Shown: piece by piece, positions 28,670 to 42,740 of the stretch
Numbering within the stretch: the stretch's first letter is position 1
How the letters are laid out: each line of letters starts with the position of its first letter
From: Octopus vulgaris
Lineage: Eukaryota
NCBI GenBank assembly: GCA_951406725.2
Contig: OX597838.1
Coordinates: 2,666,001-2,730,000 of the forward strand
Direction: 5' to 3'
DNA: 64,000 bases
Notes under the pieces: generated by a model
Told to the model about the DNA's origin: nothing
Databases searched by the model: none
The model's input: the letters and a program-made list of their open reading frames with translations, nothing else
Made by a program: the position numbers and the translations under genes

Positions 28670-29285
28670 TAGACATAAATATAGATATAGATATATATTT
28701 ATATGCATTTATATAAGTATGTATGTATAAGGTATACTCTGATTTACATTTAGAATCAGGTTTGATAAATGAGATTGTCTTAATAGCACTAACATAACAA
28801 TACCAATAATGGCAATGGTAATGATAATTAAGATGGTTAAGATGACGACGACGGCGTTGATGAGGTGGTGAAGATGATGATGATGATAATCATTATCATC
28901 ATCGTCATCATCATCACAACCATTAACTAGAGCGATGACGTACATCACATACATGCACACCAAACAAGCACCTGCACTACCGCCCCTCCATTCTTCCTAA
29001 CCCCTCCCCATAGAAACCGCTATCCTGCTGGCCCCCAAATGTTTTTTCGCTCCTATTTTCCTTTATTTCTTTTTTTCTTTTGCCGTTTTCTGATGATTGC
29101 CAACCATTCGAAGCGTTAAAGACTTTCCCTACTTGCCAAAGCATTATCCAGTAACACTCTGTAAAAACTCATCTCTCTAATTCTGTATTTTTCTAGCTTT
29201 TTGCTCATTATATATCAAATATGCGTGTGCATATTTTTGTGTGTCTCTGTGTGTGTGTGTATGTGTGTGTGTGTGTGTGTATGTG

Positions 29286-29373
<88 letters not shown>

Positions 29374-29629
29374 TGCGCGCGTTCTCATGTGTAGATGCGC
29401 AAGAGTGTGGCACATTACTATTGTAGTTTGAGGCATGAATAATTTCTACGTTATTCTCCCACGGCTTATAACATTATCAATAAAGCAGCAATGTACATTC
29501 GATCTATTACACAGAAAGCAGCGCCATCTGTAGTTTAAAATGACAACCAAAATTACAAATACTTGGTATTTTAGACATTTCAGTAGAATCGGTTCGGTAA
29601 TCTGAAATCTATAATAAATACTTGAACGG

Positions 29630-29832
29630 CTGCGAGGTGCAGGATCGTTACAACGCCGGGCGGAACGCTTAACGGCGTTTCGTCCGTCTTTACATTCAGA
29701 GTTCAAATTCCACTGAGATCGAATTTGCTGCTCATAACTTCGAGGTCAATAAAGTAAGTAGCAGATGAGCACTGGAGAGTCGATGAACTCGATTTAGCCT
29801 TCCGCCGAAATTGCTGGCCTTGTGCCAAAATT
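29630..29832 (+). mobile_element. SINE family A
   Basis: cgccgggcggaacgcttaacgg...gagttcaaattcc...gctggccttgtgccaaaattt. Confidence 0.8.
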
Positions 29833-30006
29833 TCTCACCCGTGATTAATATTTGTTTCTTATTAAACCTGTCATCCATGAAATCTTTAGATTATACGCTA
29901 AAATATTAATATATTGAGGAAATGTGACCGCCAGTCGATGTAATATGTAATAATCTATCTTATTGATAATCGATTAATGAAAAGAGCATCTATCTATACA
30001 TATACA

Positions 30007-30043
<37 letters not shown>

Positions 30044-30107
30044 AAGTTAATCCAAACGAGAAAGCACAAAAAAACACAACAACGCGAGGACGTGGAACAA
30101 ATATATA

Positions 30108-30147
<40 letters not shown>

Positions 30148-30317
30148 CTGTATGTATGTATGTATGATTGTGTGTGTTTGTGTGTGTGTGTATGTATAAA
30201 ACAACCTGCTCTCGCGAGTTGGAACTTCAGAGCTTGTAGCACGCTTATACCAGTAGCTTCAGTGTACACCTGCCTACGTGAGCATGTGTGTATATATATA
30301 CCTGTAATATGTATCTT

Positions 30318-30404
<87 letters not shown>

Positions 30405-31117
30405 TTCCTCGAGTTTCTTTGCGTTTGTTTGTTTTGTATTGTTTTATTTTGTTTTTTTGTCTCTCCAAGATTCTTTTCCCGAACCATAACTGAAAAACAA
30501 GGAATAGTCTCAGATTGGCAATCATCGAAAACACGTATAACAAAAAGCTTTCCAACCGTGACCACTCTGGGAAATTGTTTCCTCTTCAGAGTTAATATAT
30601 TCCTATATATTCCTAGATATGTATTCCTAGTGTATCTGGGAATATATTAAGCGATTTGTCCTGCTTTAAAACACTTACTCCATTCCTCGGCGTTCAGAAA
30701 CGGATGTATATAAATCACTGTTTTAGTATAATTGCTCACATGTAACTTTAAAAGTGTCCAAATTCAAGAATATATATATTTATACGTATTGAAAATATCA
30801 GGGTATTGATATACACAGTCATGAATTTCTTTTTGTATATGTGTATATATTCATGAATATATTTTCCCAAGTATTGAGAACGATTGCGTACGAATGCGTG
30901 ACCGCGTCAGTGCGTCTTTTACATATATGAGTGTATATATTAGGGATGTATGTATATATGTATGTGTATGAGTGTTAAAAACATATGCATTTATGCATAT
31001 GAGAAAGGACTTATATGCATAGTGTAGAAATTCATGTAGACAGATAGATAGACAGACAGACAGACGGGAAGAAATAAGTGGTAATTTATATACATATACT
31101 TCATATGATATGATATG

Positions 31118-31215
<98 letters not shown>

Positions 31216-31230
31216 GTATATATATATGTA

Positions 31231-31413
31231 GGGAGAGTTTACGAAAAAATCAAAAGACGAAGACAGGTGGTGTACAAAACAAACAGATGTATTAGTATAA
31301 CGCACAGGAATAGAAAAAGTCTTTTACGTTTCGAGCCTACGCTCTCTTACAGAAAAGGACACAGAAAAAACAAGGAGAGATAAAAATGTGTGTAGTGACT
31401 AACGATCTATCAT
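31231..31413 (-). mobile_element. Short (TA)n-embedded PLE-like element, family H, with hammerhead-like motif at 31321-31357
   Basis: Antisense homologue of 58543-58735; minus strand reads tttt CTGTAAGA GAGC gtag GCTC GAAAC GTA aaag. Confidence 0.75.
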
Positions 31414-31507
31414 AAAGAAATATATGATATATATATACACATGAATATATGATATATATATATATGATATGATATATACATATACACACACATAAATATA
31501 TGACATA

Positions 31508-31542
<35 letters not shown>

Positions 31543-31960
31543 ATATTTATATGTATATATGGCATGTTTTCTATGCATTTATATAAGCAGGCATAAATTG
31601 TGTACAAAATTCACGGATATATTTTAAATGGATATTGAAAACGCACGTGAATGTATTGGTACGTGTGTGTAGATGCGCGTGCGTCTGAGTATCTTTGTTA
31701 TTTTCGTTTAAGCGTCAATAATTCATGGATGTATAATATACATTTGTCGCTCTCTCACACTGCTACGCACTGATACGATTACATATAAACATCAGCAATA
31801 CACACCCACTTATATATATATATATGTCTAAATACATCCATGAAATCATTTCTGTGTATGTATAGATCCAGTTATGTCGGTATTCAAACGATGAATTGTA
31901 TATATATCTTTATGTATACTTATATGTACGCTTGTGTGCGCGTTTGTATAAATCTAAGGA

Positions 31961-32121
<161 letters not shown>

Positions 32122-32491
32122 CATATATATATATAGATATATAATTACTTGAAAGCTATGCATACATGTGCTTATGTATCTACATTCCGAGGCGTCTTTG
32201 CAACATGGAATCCCTATAAGTAAGCATAATTTAATATCTACCCCAATTGTATATCATACGTGTATGCATGATGCACAACTATAAACGGATCATGCATATA
32301 CGAACGATGTATACACATGTATATATATGCATGCATGAATGTGTATACCGTCATAAATTTACCCTGCAAGGCTATGTAGATGTATATACATATATATCTA
32401 TGTATGCGTCTATGTATATATATTCATACATATATATACACACATATATATATATATATATTTACACACACACACATTTATATATATATAG

Positions 32492-32584
<93 letters not shown>

Positions 32585-32959
32585 GATATAGATATGTCGG
32601 TGCGCATCCGTAAATATTCCATTCCATGTGCATTTTATAAAATTAGGAATCTGTTTTGCTATTTATAAACGAAACGTTGCCCCAAGCAACGTTGCATTGT
32701 TGCAGAGGAATGGTAAGAAGAAATGAGTGCACCTAGGGATGTCGACCGTTTATGGAATCCAGAAATAACTTGAGATATTATGAAGGTCAGCTCGCCAGTT
32801 GCGTAATAGTTCAACACAAGCACTCGCCTGCTGTGGCGTCAAACAAACCAAAAATAGAAGAAGACGGAATATCTGTTGGCAATGGTGAAAATATCAGGTG
32901 ATTCTAATGGGCTTCCATAAAATGCTGTCTTGTTTCCTTTTCTCTCCGTTATTGCAATG

Positions 32960-34040
32960 TCGCATTAAATATCTGCTACATGGCATAAAATATTGCTGTG
33001 TGATATAAAAATACTGCTGCATGTTATAAATATTGTTCCATCTTATGGATTATTGCTTCATGTTAAGGAATGGTTATAAAATATTACAGTGTCTTATAAA
33101 TATATTGAGACGGCGAAATGACAGAAACCGTGGTTTATTTGACAAAAATGCTCAGCGGTATTTCTTTCGGCTCTTTACGTTCCTAGATCAAATCCCGTGA
33201 TGGTCCACCTTTCCTTTCATCCCTTCGTTGTCGATACAGTAAAAAAAAAGTACCAGTCAAATTCTGGGGTCGGTGTGATCTACTTGACCCTCTCCGCAAA
33301 AACTGCTTACCATCAGCCCTGCAACTGACCGACATCCCATCCCAGAGGAAATGTAGGGTCCTCAATCACTTATTAATCATGGAATCTGGGTTGGCGGGGG
33401 TCTTATGAATTCTAGGCACGAGGGAAAAAACATGAATCTATTGCTACCTTTTTAAAATATTGTTATATGTCATAAAACACTTCTTTACTTTACGATTTAC
33501 TCTTTCATGTAATACAATCAGTATAGAATGTTCCCATGTGTTGTAAATATATTGCTTCATGTTATAAAATCGTACTGGACCTTATAAAATACTATTGCAT
33601 GTGGTGAAACACTGCTACATGTTTTGTTTGTTGCTTACATGATATAAAATAATTATAAAATGTTGCTGCACTATATACAATAATGTCAGTTAGTTCAGAT
33701 GTTATAAATAATGCTATATGTTAAGAAATACAACATGTCATAACATGTGACTACATGTGGTATATGTCTTAGTGTTATTCATTGCAACTATGGCATATAA
33801 AACAGTTATACATGATATACAAAGTTACTGCTACATGTTACAAAATCTATTCTATATTACAGAACACTATATTCTATAAAATATGTTACACAATATAGCT
33901 ACATATGCATGTGGAAATAATTTATATAATATTTTTACGTGGTTAACAATATTGACTGATAATATTTTATATTGCCACATGTTATATACTAAACGATGTT
34001 ACATGGTATATTACTACAATGCACAAAAAGACTGCTACAT
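32960..34040. repeat. Highly degenerate ~21-bp satellite (catgttataaaatattgct-like) interrupted by a SINE
   Basis: Recurrent ataaaata(t/c)tgct(a/g)catg variants on both sides of the SINE at 33108-33310. Confidence 0.6.
33108..33310 (+). mobile_element. SINE family A, diverged
   Basis: gacggcgaaatgacagaaaccg...atgctcagcggtattt...cctttcatcccttcgttgtcgata. Confidence 0.7.
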
Positions 34041-34489
34041 AATACGAATTGCAAGCAGATCTTATATCAACTATGTAATTGCTTGACCTGCGAGCAATGG
34101 TAGGCAAGTGACCCTGAACACCATACGCTCTAATCATAGATACAGAACACATTCTGTAATGTAATTACTAATTGTATTGTTTCTGAAAAAATAGGACGGT
34201 GACGACTGGAAAGCTATTATTATTATCAATATTATTATTATTTTGTTTGTTGCTTTTGTTGTTTCTACCATAGACACAAGGTTTGAAAATTTGATCGGAG
34301 AATATTATCGAACCCAGTACTTGACCCCAATGTATGAAAGGTAAAATTCATAAGGTGAGAGGTCAACGCAAAGCATTTTTCCTACTAATAAATTCTGCCA
34401 TTTCGGCCAGTAAAAGATGCTTCTATCGAAAATAAGAATTAGAGGGCTATATTATAGTTCCTGATAGAAACTAACCTTGTTATTAAACC

Positions 34490-34830
34490 AAGACGGCCAA
34501 ATGTGGTGTCAGAGGAGAAAAGATGGAAACAATATAAGATCATATAATAATAGAAATACCAAAGAAATGTTTAAAATTTAGAAATATCAGGACCAAGTGA
34601 AAGAGAGGAAGGTGTTGTGGAAGATGAAGACAGCAATTATCTCTGTGGTAATTGGTGAATTTCGTACAACACCCGAAATGGCTACCCGAGAAACTGAAAG
34701 AGAATGGAAATGAGGACTTGGACTGTCGACCAGCAGATAAGTACCATCATGTACTCTGGAGGAATCCTGAGAAAGATTCTTGAGATTTGAGGAGTCGTGT
34801 TTTCATTAAACCTCAAGACAGCCCTGTTTG
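34490..34830 (+). mobile_element. RLE-type LINE 3' fragment (1)
   Basis: KEMFKI*KYQD...VLWKMKTAIISVVIGEF...GILRKILEI* fits the endonuclease-distal motif K..KY.DL...LW......PVVIGALG...ILRKVL. Confidence 0.7.
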
Positions 34831-34870
34831 TAATAGTATCAACAATAATAACACTAGTAATAGTAGTAGC

Positions 34871-34943
<73 letters not shown>

Positions 34944-34960
34944 AGTAGTAGTAGTAGTAG

Positions 34961-37115
34961 TTTTTGGCTGTCCTGAACATTCCCCCAGAAATGCCAAATT
35001 TCCTGAAATGCTTGTGTGTTGGAATACAAATCTAAGATTGTAATGCATTGATGGAAAAATAAATTCCAGCCGCATAAGCATTAACTGTAGTGGTTTTTCA
35101 ACGCAATTCGTTTTCTCCTTTTATCTTTTTTGTTTTTTGTTTTTTGTTTGTTTTTTTTTTTTGTATTGCATTCCTACCTCTGACTCTGAAACTTAACAAA
35201 GTGAAATATGCCTACAAAACAGACGGGGATATCATAAATCATCTATTTTATACGGATGACTTGTAACTCTATGCCCAGCAATGACAGCGAGTCGGATGAG
35301 GTGTTGAAGAGAGTTGAGGTGTTCAATGACAATTTATGGATGGAATTTGGATTGGGGAAAATGCGCGAAAGCATCATTCAAGAACGGTAGAATGACAAGC
35401 AGAAATTCAGTGGAAATATCTGTGGATGCAGTAATTAAGGAACTGACACAGAGACAAACCTACAAGTGTTTAGGGGTCAATGAAAGCCAAAGTATTCATC
35501 AAACCGGTATGTAAGAGAATATAAGGCGGCGAGCTGGCAGAAACGTTAGCACGCCGGGCGAGATGCTTAGCGGTATTTCGTCTGCCGTTACGTTGTGAGT
35601 TCAAATTCCGCCGAAGTCGGCTTTGCCTTTCATCCTTTCGGGGTCGATAAATAAAGTACCAGTTACGCACTGGGGTCGATGTAATCGACTTAATACCTAT
35701 GTCTGTCCTTGTTTGTCCTCTCTGTGTTTAGCCCCTTGTGGGTAATAAAGAAATAGGTATGTAAGAGAATATCAAGAAGGAATGCTACGGGAGAGTATGC
35801 GCTGCCTTGAAAACGAATCAAAACTCAAAGAATAAAACATCTGCTAGAAGCACTCTTGAAATCGCAGCTGTCAGCTATAATTGCAACACCACAAATTGGA
35901 ACATTAGAGAATTAAGGAAGATGGACACCAAAATCAGGAAACTTCTGATCTGTAATGAGCTACAGCGCACAAAAGCAGATGTGGATCGCTTCTGTCTCCC
36001 GAGGCGATCTGGACGTTGAGGAATGATCCAGTTTGAGTTGCCACGTAAAATATCAACCATTTGATTCGAACGATTCCTTAAAACTACAGATGACTGGATG
36101 CAGAAAATGGTTGCAAAACATGAAAGGAAGAAATATTTGCGTTCAAGCACAATGTAAAGTAGGAAGCTTGCGAAAGAATTAGGTATACATAATGAAAATT
36201 CTAAATATTTTGTAAAGTGAATCTTCAGTTAAGTTTGCAAAGAATATCAAAAGGTCAACTGAATCTGTGTGCTACATGAGAGCAAAATCCATTGAAAAAT
36301 TAGTATGTTCTCTGTAGCAGAGAGCCTGATGTAGATCAAGTTCTCCTCCATCAGTGGCTACGGAGTTCTGGGATAAATGCAGAAAATGAGGGTTATATTT
36401 TGGCTGCAGGAGGCCGGTGTCCTTCGACGCACACCTTTGTAATCAGAAATGAAACTGACTCAAAGAGTCAATTTTGCGATGAACAAGTTGAGACTATTGG
36501 CCACCTTCATTCGAGGTGTAAGCTATTGGCTTTCAAGGCATGATAGAGTAGGGCAATATTTATAATGGGGAAATATATAGGCTTTATAGCATAAAGACAG
36601 AGGAAATTGAAACAAGAATCAGTAAGGTGCAGTAACAAGAGACGAGGATGTGACTAGCTTTGGGGATTTTCGTGTGAACGCCAACAGAAAGATCAATGCC
36701 AATAGATCCGTTGCCTGTTAATTGACATGAGCCTACCATTTGGTTGCAACATGTCCCAGAACGAGTTCTGAAAGCTCAGTAAATATAAAGTTCTGATAAT
36801 TGTAATTCAGAAAATGTGGCATCTTAAGTCCTGAAGATTAGCAATGAGAGTCGGTGCAATGTGAATAGGGAAAAGCATTTGGTCCAGCTGCCTGGAAAGC
36901 CGTCCCTACAAGAGATACAGAAAATAGTGTTGACTGGCACTGTGCATGGCTTTATCAATCTAAATACATCACACACATTTACGGTTCTTTTTCTACCCTT
37001 GTGGTTGACAGCTGTAAACCAATTGATTGTTAAGTATGCGCATTACCAAATTTTGATTCAGATATCTGGGTGAAACTCAGCAAGATATGGGAAAGATGCA
37101 GAATTCAAAGGGAAT
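34961..37115 (+). mobile_element. Decayed, 5'-truncated RLE non-LTR retrotransposon (R4/Dong-like) ORF: RT, CCHC and restriction-like endonuclease
   Basis: INHLFYTDDL*LYA (~35234-35275), TYKCLGV, ELRKMDTKIRKLL...KADVDRFCLPRRSGR, HQWLRSSGINAENEG, FCDEQVETIGHL..C, RHDRVGQY (~36536), CLLIDMSLP, KLSKYK, LQEIQKIVLTGT; many stops and frameshifts. Confidence 0.9.
35523..35755 (+). mobile_element. Young full-length SINE family A inserted in the LINE, with perfect 17-bp TSD
   Basis: TSD ggtatgtaagagaatat at 35506-35522 and 35756-35772; A-box tggcagaaacg and B-box gagttcaaattcc. Confidence 0.95.
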
Positions 37116-37183
<68 letters not shown>

Positions 37184-37216
37184 ATGAGGATGATAATAAT
37201 AATAATAATAATAATA

Positions 37217-37510
37217 GTCGATAGATATGACAGGTAAGCTTAGGAGGTTAAGCAGTTGTGGTCGATGAAAAAGGTGGTAGTAGTACCAATAATTGTTGGA
37301 GCCCTGGGAACAGTGAATAAAAATCTTGAGAAGTACATGGAACAAATAGGGGCTGCAATAAGGGTGGAGCACTTGCAGAAAACAGCACTGCTTGGAACCG
37401 CTCGAATACTCCGGAAGGTGCTTGAAAAACAAGAGGTGTTACCTTGGTTCACAGGTAGTGAACAGCTGACACTGTAGTACATCTCCAGCGTTAGAAGCTG
37501 TGCAAAGGCA
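37217..37510 (+). mobile_element. RLE-type LINE 3' fragment (3), following a (TAA)n tract
   Basis: ORF 37256-37477 WSMKKVVVVPIIVGALGTVNKNLEKYMEQIG...LQKTALLGTARILRKVL is a typical R4/Dong-like C-terminus. Confidence 0.85.
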
Positions 37511-38045
37511 ATGAGGAGGAAGAGGAGTGGGGGAGGGGGGGATATACCCTGGGCGAAAACTATTGAGAGCAAATACAATAGAAATAATAGTTCAAACTTT
37601 TGGCTCAAGGTCAGAAGGTGAAAAATCTTAAGAGGCGAACTGAAATACCACAAGGCATATCTTGTCCAGAACTTCGCCGTTTCTCTCATTCAAAGTTTGT
37701 ACAAAATATGATACGATAAAGCTATGGCAAATCACCAGGGATATAATATTTGATATATCGTGAAAGACTATACTGCAATATGTCATATGTAAGAAGAAGT
37801 ATCAGGTAAATGGAATATTTCTATACGATATCACACGATGTAAAGTCTCGAGTGGCGATATCAGAAAATATCACATGGCATTTTGATTAAATATCACGTT
37901 ACGTTGGTCAGACTATGGTGCGATGGGATTCGGTTGTGTTTCACTTTCTGGGAAGAAAAGATTAACCGAATTGCCTAGAGAGACATTCGAGACAATGTGA
38001 GGGAGTGTGTTCATAATACTAAATGTATTATACGCACACAAGCAT

Positions 38046-38111
<66 letters not shown>

Positions 38112-39704
38112 CTATGTACATATGCCTATATAGTATGTGTATATTCGTAACTATCAATGTCTGTTTTATTGCACATGCGTACATGTACGTACATAAATAT
38201 TTTTAAAACAGGAAGTTTGAATAAACAGAGTTTAATTAGAAATCACAACAATTGTTTCTGTACAGCGGTAGCAGCTGGTAGTTGCTGAGGTTTTCTATAT
38301 CAAACTAATACATAATATCTTATATACATAATCGTATAAGTATGATCCAGAAGCAGCTGTGTACCGCCACGTCATCAGGTGAATGACATTGATATCTCTG
38401 CCTGATCACATTCAGTTTCCCACCGTTTTATGTGTACGTATATATATAAGAGATAAATAGTGTCATTGAGACCCAAAGGTGTCAGGGAATGCTGAATAAG
38501 TGCTATAGACAAACCATAGTTAAGTTCCAGATTCGGTAATATTGCGAATAAAGGGTTCAATGTTGGTTCTATGTCATCGTGTGTATATAAGAATCGTGCG
38601 TTTGACATTACCAGCAAAATGAAAAAATGTGTTTAATGCAGGATCTGTGACTACTTTCTGTTACAACTCAAAGTTTTACAAAGATCATTGCTCATGATAA
38701 ACTAATTTCTGAAATGCAAGGCGGAGCACTGACAACAAATCTATTCGTGGAAAAGGGGAATGGTCATTGAAATAGAAAACATTTTGCCGGTATACGTGAC
38801 ATAATACAACTTTGAGTAAAGTTACATAACAACATTACAAATACAATCAATCTTTGCACGATAGTAACCTACCACAATAAAATAAAACAAGAACTACAAC
38901 TACAACTATGGATTATTTCCTGTCATGTGCCATCACACTGAGTTGTTTCGAAAGCGGGGTTTGGTGGAAGAACTTTTCAGCGTTTCCTGAATTTTAGAGG
39001 ATGTTTATGACAGTGACTGCATTTCACGAGAACTCTGCTCTTATTGCTATACTCCAGGGAATCGTTTATCTTAAGACGATCCTGTTTTCAGCTGTAACAT
39101 CTTATTTATCCATTAGACCACGGTCAGCTCCACTCGAGGAAGCTTCAATCATGTCTTGCTTTATGCTGTTTTACTCCTTTCTTTGTCTAAAGAACGACAC
39201 CTTCTTAAAAGATCGCTGATAGAACCTACTTCCCACCATACGGAAGAAATTTTAATGTTGTATGGCATAACTTGAGTCGATCGAGTTCACTTCTACTTTA
39301 TATAATATCGCCTCAGCAGCACTACATTACTGTTGAAATGGTCGTCCTCTACTCTTTGTTTGTCTATGTGCAATTATATTCAATTAATTCTGTAGGATTC
39401 TCATAATATATTTACGCTGCTTACAGCTGCGCTCCATACATGAACGACGATGTGCGAATTCATTAAATCATACATCGACTACGAAAAAATATGCCTGTGT
39501 GTGTGAGGGAGAGAGAGGGGGGACAGACAGACAGACAGAGGTCATATGTAAGTACATATGTATAAATCTCTACAACCGTAGTAGCTACTTTGCTTACGTA
39601 AATTTATTTACAATATACGTATGAATGTAAGTATACATTATATATACTTACGGATATATATAAATACATATGTGTATATATACATAGATACATACATATG
39701 TGTG

Positions 39705-39735
<31 letters not shown>

Positions 39736-39885
39736 TGTATATATTTGTCCAAACTAATTTTATATGCAGATCCCCTCCTTCTTCCTCCCTCTCTCTTACG
39801 CTCAAAATGTATATATACATGTGTCCGCGTGCGCATTAGTGTCTATATGCATATATATATAGATATACATTTATATATATGTATG

Positions 39886-39968
<83 letters not shown>

Positions 39969-40263
39969 ATATTCGTAGACGTTCATATTTTTGTACGTTA
40001 TTAATATACGCGTGGCCACTGGCGAGTTCGTGTATGCCTTTCTGAGTATGTGTGGGCGCATGCGCGCATGTGTGTGTGTGTGTATGCAGTTGTCTCTGTG
40101 TGTCTGTGTCTGTGTCTGTGTGCCAGTCTGTGCGGTTCTGTCTGTGTGTCTTTAACAGTCAACGAAGTTGATCAGTTGTAAATTACTCGGTAAATAAAAA
40201 AAAAACAAGGAAAAATAGCGGTCAGACATTCACAAACAAAGAATCAGACAAAATCAGAATCAT

Positions 40264-40312
<49 letters not shown>

Positions 40313-40325
40313 GATGGTGATGAAT

Positions 40326-40360
<35 letters not shown>

Positions 40361-40619
40361 AATACAAACAATAATAACACAAATAATAAATCAAACTTCA
40401 TCAAATTGATAATTAAACCAGAATCTTTACTTATTTCACAAATTGCTAAATTTTGTTAAAAATTTTTTGCTTTTGTTTTCAAATTTATTTTTTTTGTTTC
40501 TTGTTTTGTTTTTTTTTATTTCCACATTAACTTTCCTGATTGAAAGTTCAACATTTTGTTTCTATAATTTACGAGTTTGAGTTGGAGGTGTTGTGGTGGG
40601 ACGGGGATGTCTTGGTGGT

Positions 40620-41330
40620 TTGATGGTTTGGTCGTTTGGTCGGATGATTGGTTCTCTGGAGAAAGTTTGATGGTTCGGTTCTTTTACCGCTTGATTTAGC
40701 GGTTTAGTTGTTTGATGGCTTAATTGTTTGATTACTTAGTTGTTTGATTGCTTAGTTGTTTGATGGCTTAGTTGTTTGATTGCTTAGTTGTTTGATTGCT
40801 TAGTTGTTTGATGGCTTGTTAGTTTGATGATGCCTTAGTTGTTTGATGGCTCTGTGGTTTGATGGCTTAATTGTTTGATTGCTTAGTTATTTGATTGCTT
40901 AGTTGTTTGATGGCTTGTTAGTTTTATGCCTTAGTTGTTTGATGGCTCAGTGGTTTGATAGCTTAGTTATTTGATTGCTTAGTTGTTTGGTGGCTTGTTA
41001 GTTTTAAGCCTTAGTTGTTTGATGGCTCTGTGGTTTGATGGCTTAATTGTTTGATGACTCTGTGGTTTCATGGTTTAGCTGTTTTATGGCTATGTAATTT
41101 AATGGCTTAATTATTTGATGGCTTAGTTGTTTGACAGCTCTATGGTTTGATGGTTTAGTTGTTTGATGACTCTTTGATTCGATGGCTATAGGGTTTGATG
41201 GATTGCCTCATTGATAGTTTTATAGTTTAATGGTTAAGTTGCTTGATGGTTTATTTCTTTGATGGCTCGATGGTTTGTGGATTTAGCTGTTTGGTGGTTG
41301 GTTGGTTGGTTGGTCGGCTGGTTTAGTAGC
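40620..41330. repeat. 17-bp G/T-rich minisatellite (gcttagttgtttgat(g/t)g-like), degenerate at the edges
   Basis: Roughly 35-40 units of ttagttgtttgatggct or tgtggtttgatggct variants. Confidence 0.9.
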
Positions 41331-41906
41331 TTAGTAGTATATTGGATGGCGATTTCATGCTTTAATCGTTTGGTGGGTGTTTTTCTAATCTCGCAAAATA
41401 CAAAGGGCATCGGCTATGATCCTTTTTAGGGGCTTCCAGAACAAAATGCCAGGGAAAAATAAACAAGAATTATTGTCAAGCAAGAATTCTACCTCCAATA
41501 CAACTGATGTAGATGTTGCTGGTTGTTGTTGTTGTTGTTGTTGTTGTTATCGTTGCTGTTAATTATATTTAAGATATTATCCATGTTATTATTGCCGCTG
41601 CTTGTGGTGGTAGTAGCAGTCGTGGTGGTGGTGGTGGTGGTGTTGGTGGTGGTGTTGGTGGTGGTGGTGGTGGTGGTGGTGCTTATTACTGTTGTTGCCC
41701 CTGTAACAGTCGTTGTTGTTTCTCTTGTTATTGGCGTCGTTGTTTTTGTTGTTGTTTTTTTGTTAATTTCATCTTCCATTTTCCTCTCGTTAATTAACAA
41801 TTATATTACTCTACACTCTGTTTCCTGCAAGTCCAATCCACCTCCCCCACCCCCACACACTCCTTTTCACTAAACTAGTCCCACCAACCAACATAATACA
41901 TAAATG

Positions 41907-41938
<32 letters not shown>

Positions 41939-42134
41939 AAAATACATATGCACACACGCATATAAACATACATGCACACCAAGACATATACATATACATA
42001 CACACACATATAAATACATAGATATACACACACATATATATACGTATATATATATATGCATATTTATATATATATATATAAATACACACACATATATATA
42101 TATATATATAAATATCTATGTGTGTGTGTGCATA

Positions 42135-42308
42135 GGCGCAGGAGTGGCCGTGTGGTAAGTAGCTTCCTTACAAACTACATGGCTGCGGGTTCAGTCTCCG
42201 CTGCGTGGCATATTGGGTGACTGTCTTCTACTGTAGCCTCAGACCGACAGACCGACCAAAGACTTGTGAGTGGATTTGCTAGACGGAAACTGAAAGAAGC
42301 CCATCGTA
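42135..42308 (+). mobile_element. SINE family B
   Basis: ggcgcaggagtggccgtgtggtaagtagctt...ggaaactgaaagaagcccatcg followed by (TA)n. Confidence 0.85.
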
Positions 42309-42518
42309 TATATACATACATATGTATATATATATATGTGTGTGTATGTGTGTGTATGTGTGTATGTATGTATGTATGTATATATATATATATATATATA
42401 TGAATATGTGTATATATGTCTATATACATACACACACATGCAAATTATAGAAACGCTGCAGTGCTACAGTTCGCTACACCACCACCAACACCACCAAATA
42501 TATATATATATATATATA

Positions 42519-42740
42519 TACGACGGGTGCTGAAAAGTTCCTGGCAGTAACGATATCGAGAAAGGCCTGGTTAGTGCCCCCAACCTTCCGAGTTCTTTTA
42601 CAGGGCTTAGAAACACTGAAGGACCGCTGCAATAAGTGTGTGAATGTGAGAAGGGAATATGTTGAATAAAATCATAATTAACTGATCTTCTTGTGTTTTC
42701 TTTTACCCAAAGTGAGGAACTTTTCAGGAAACCCTTCGTT
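42519..42740 (+). mobile_element. Mariner-derived MITE (copy 2, uninterrupted, ~220 bp)
   Basis: TIRs tacgacgggtgctgaaaagttcct and aggaacttttcaggaaacccttcgt; inserted at (TA)n; retains the transposase C-terminus DRCNKCVNVRREYVE*. Confidence 0.85.

Noticed and set aside
38950-39300. Possible further RLE-LINE relic on the minus strand (NFFRMVGSRFYQ...RFPG)
   Set aside because: Similarity is too faint to call without a profile search.
40620-41330. CRISPR-like array
   Set aside because: The units are contiguous tandem repeats without unique spacers, in a eukaryotic context with no cas genes.
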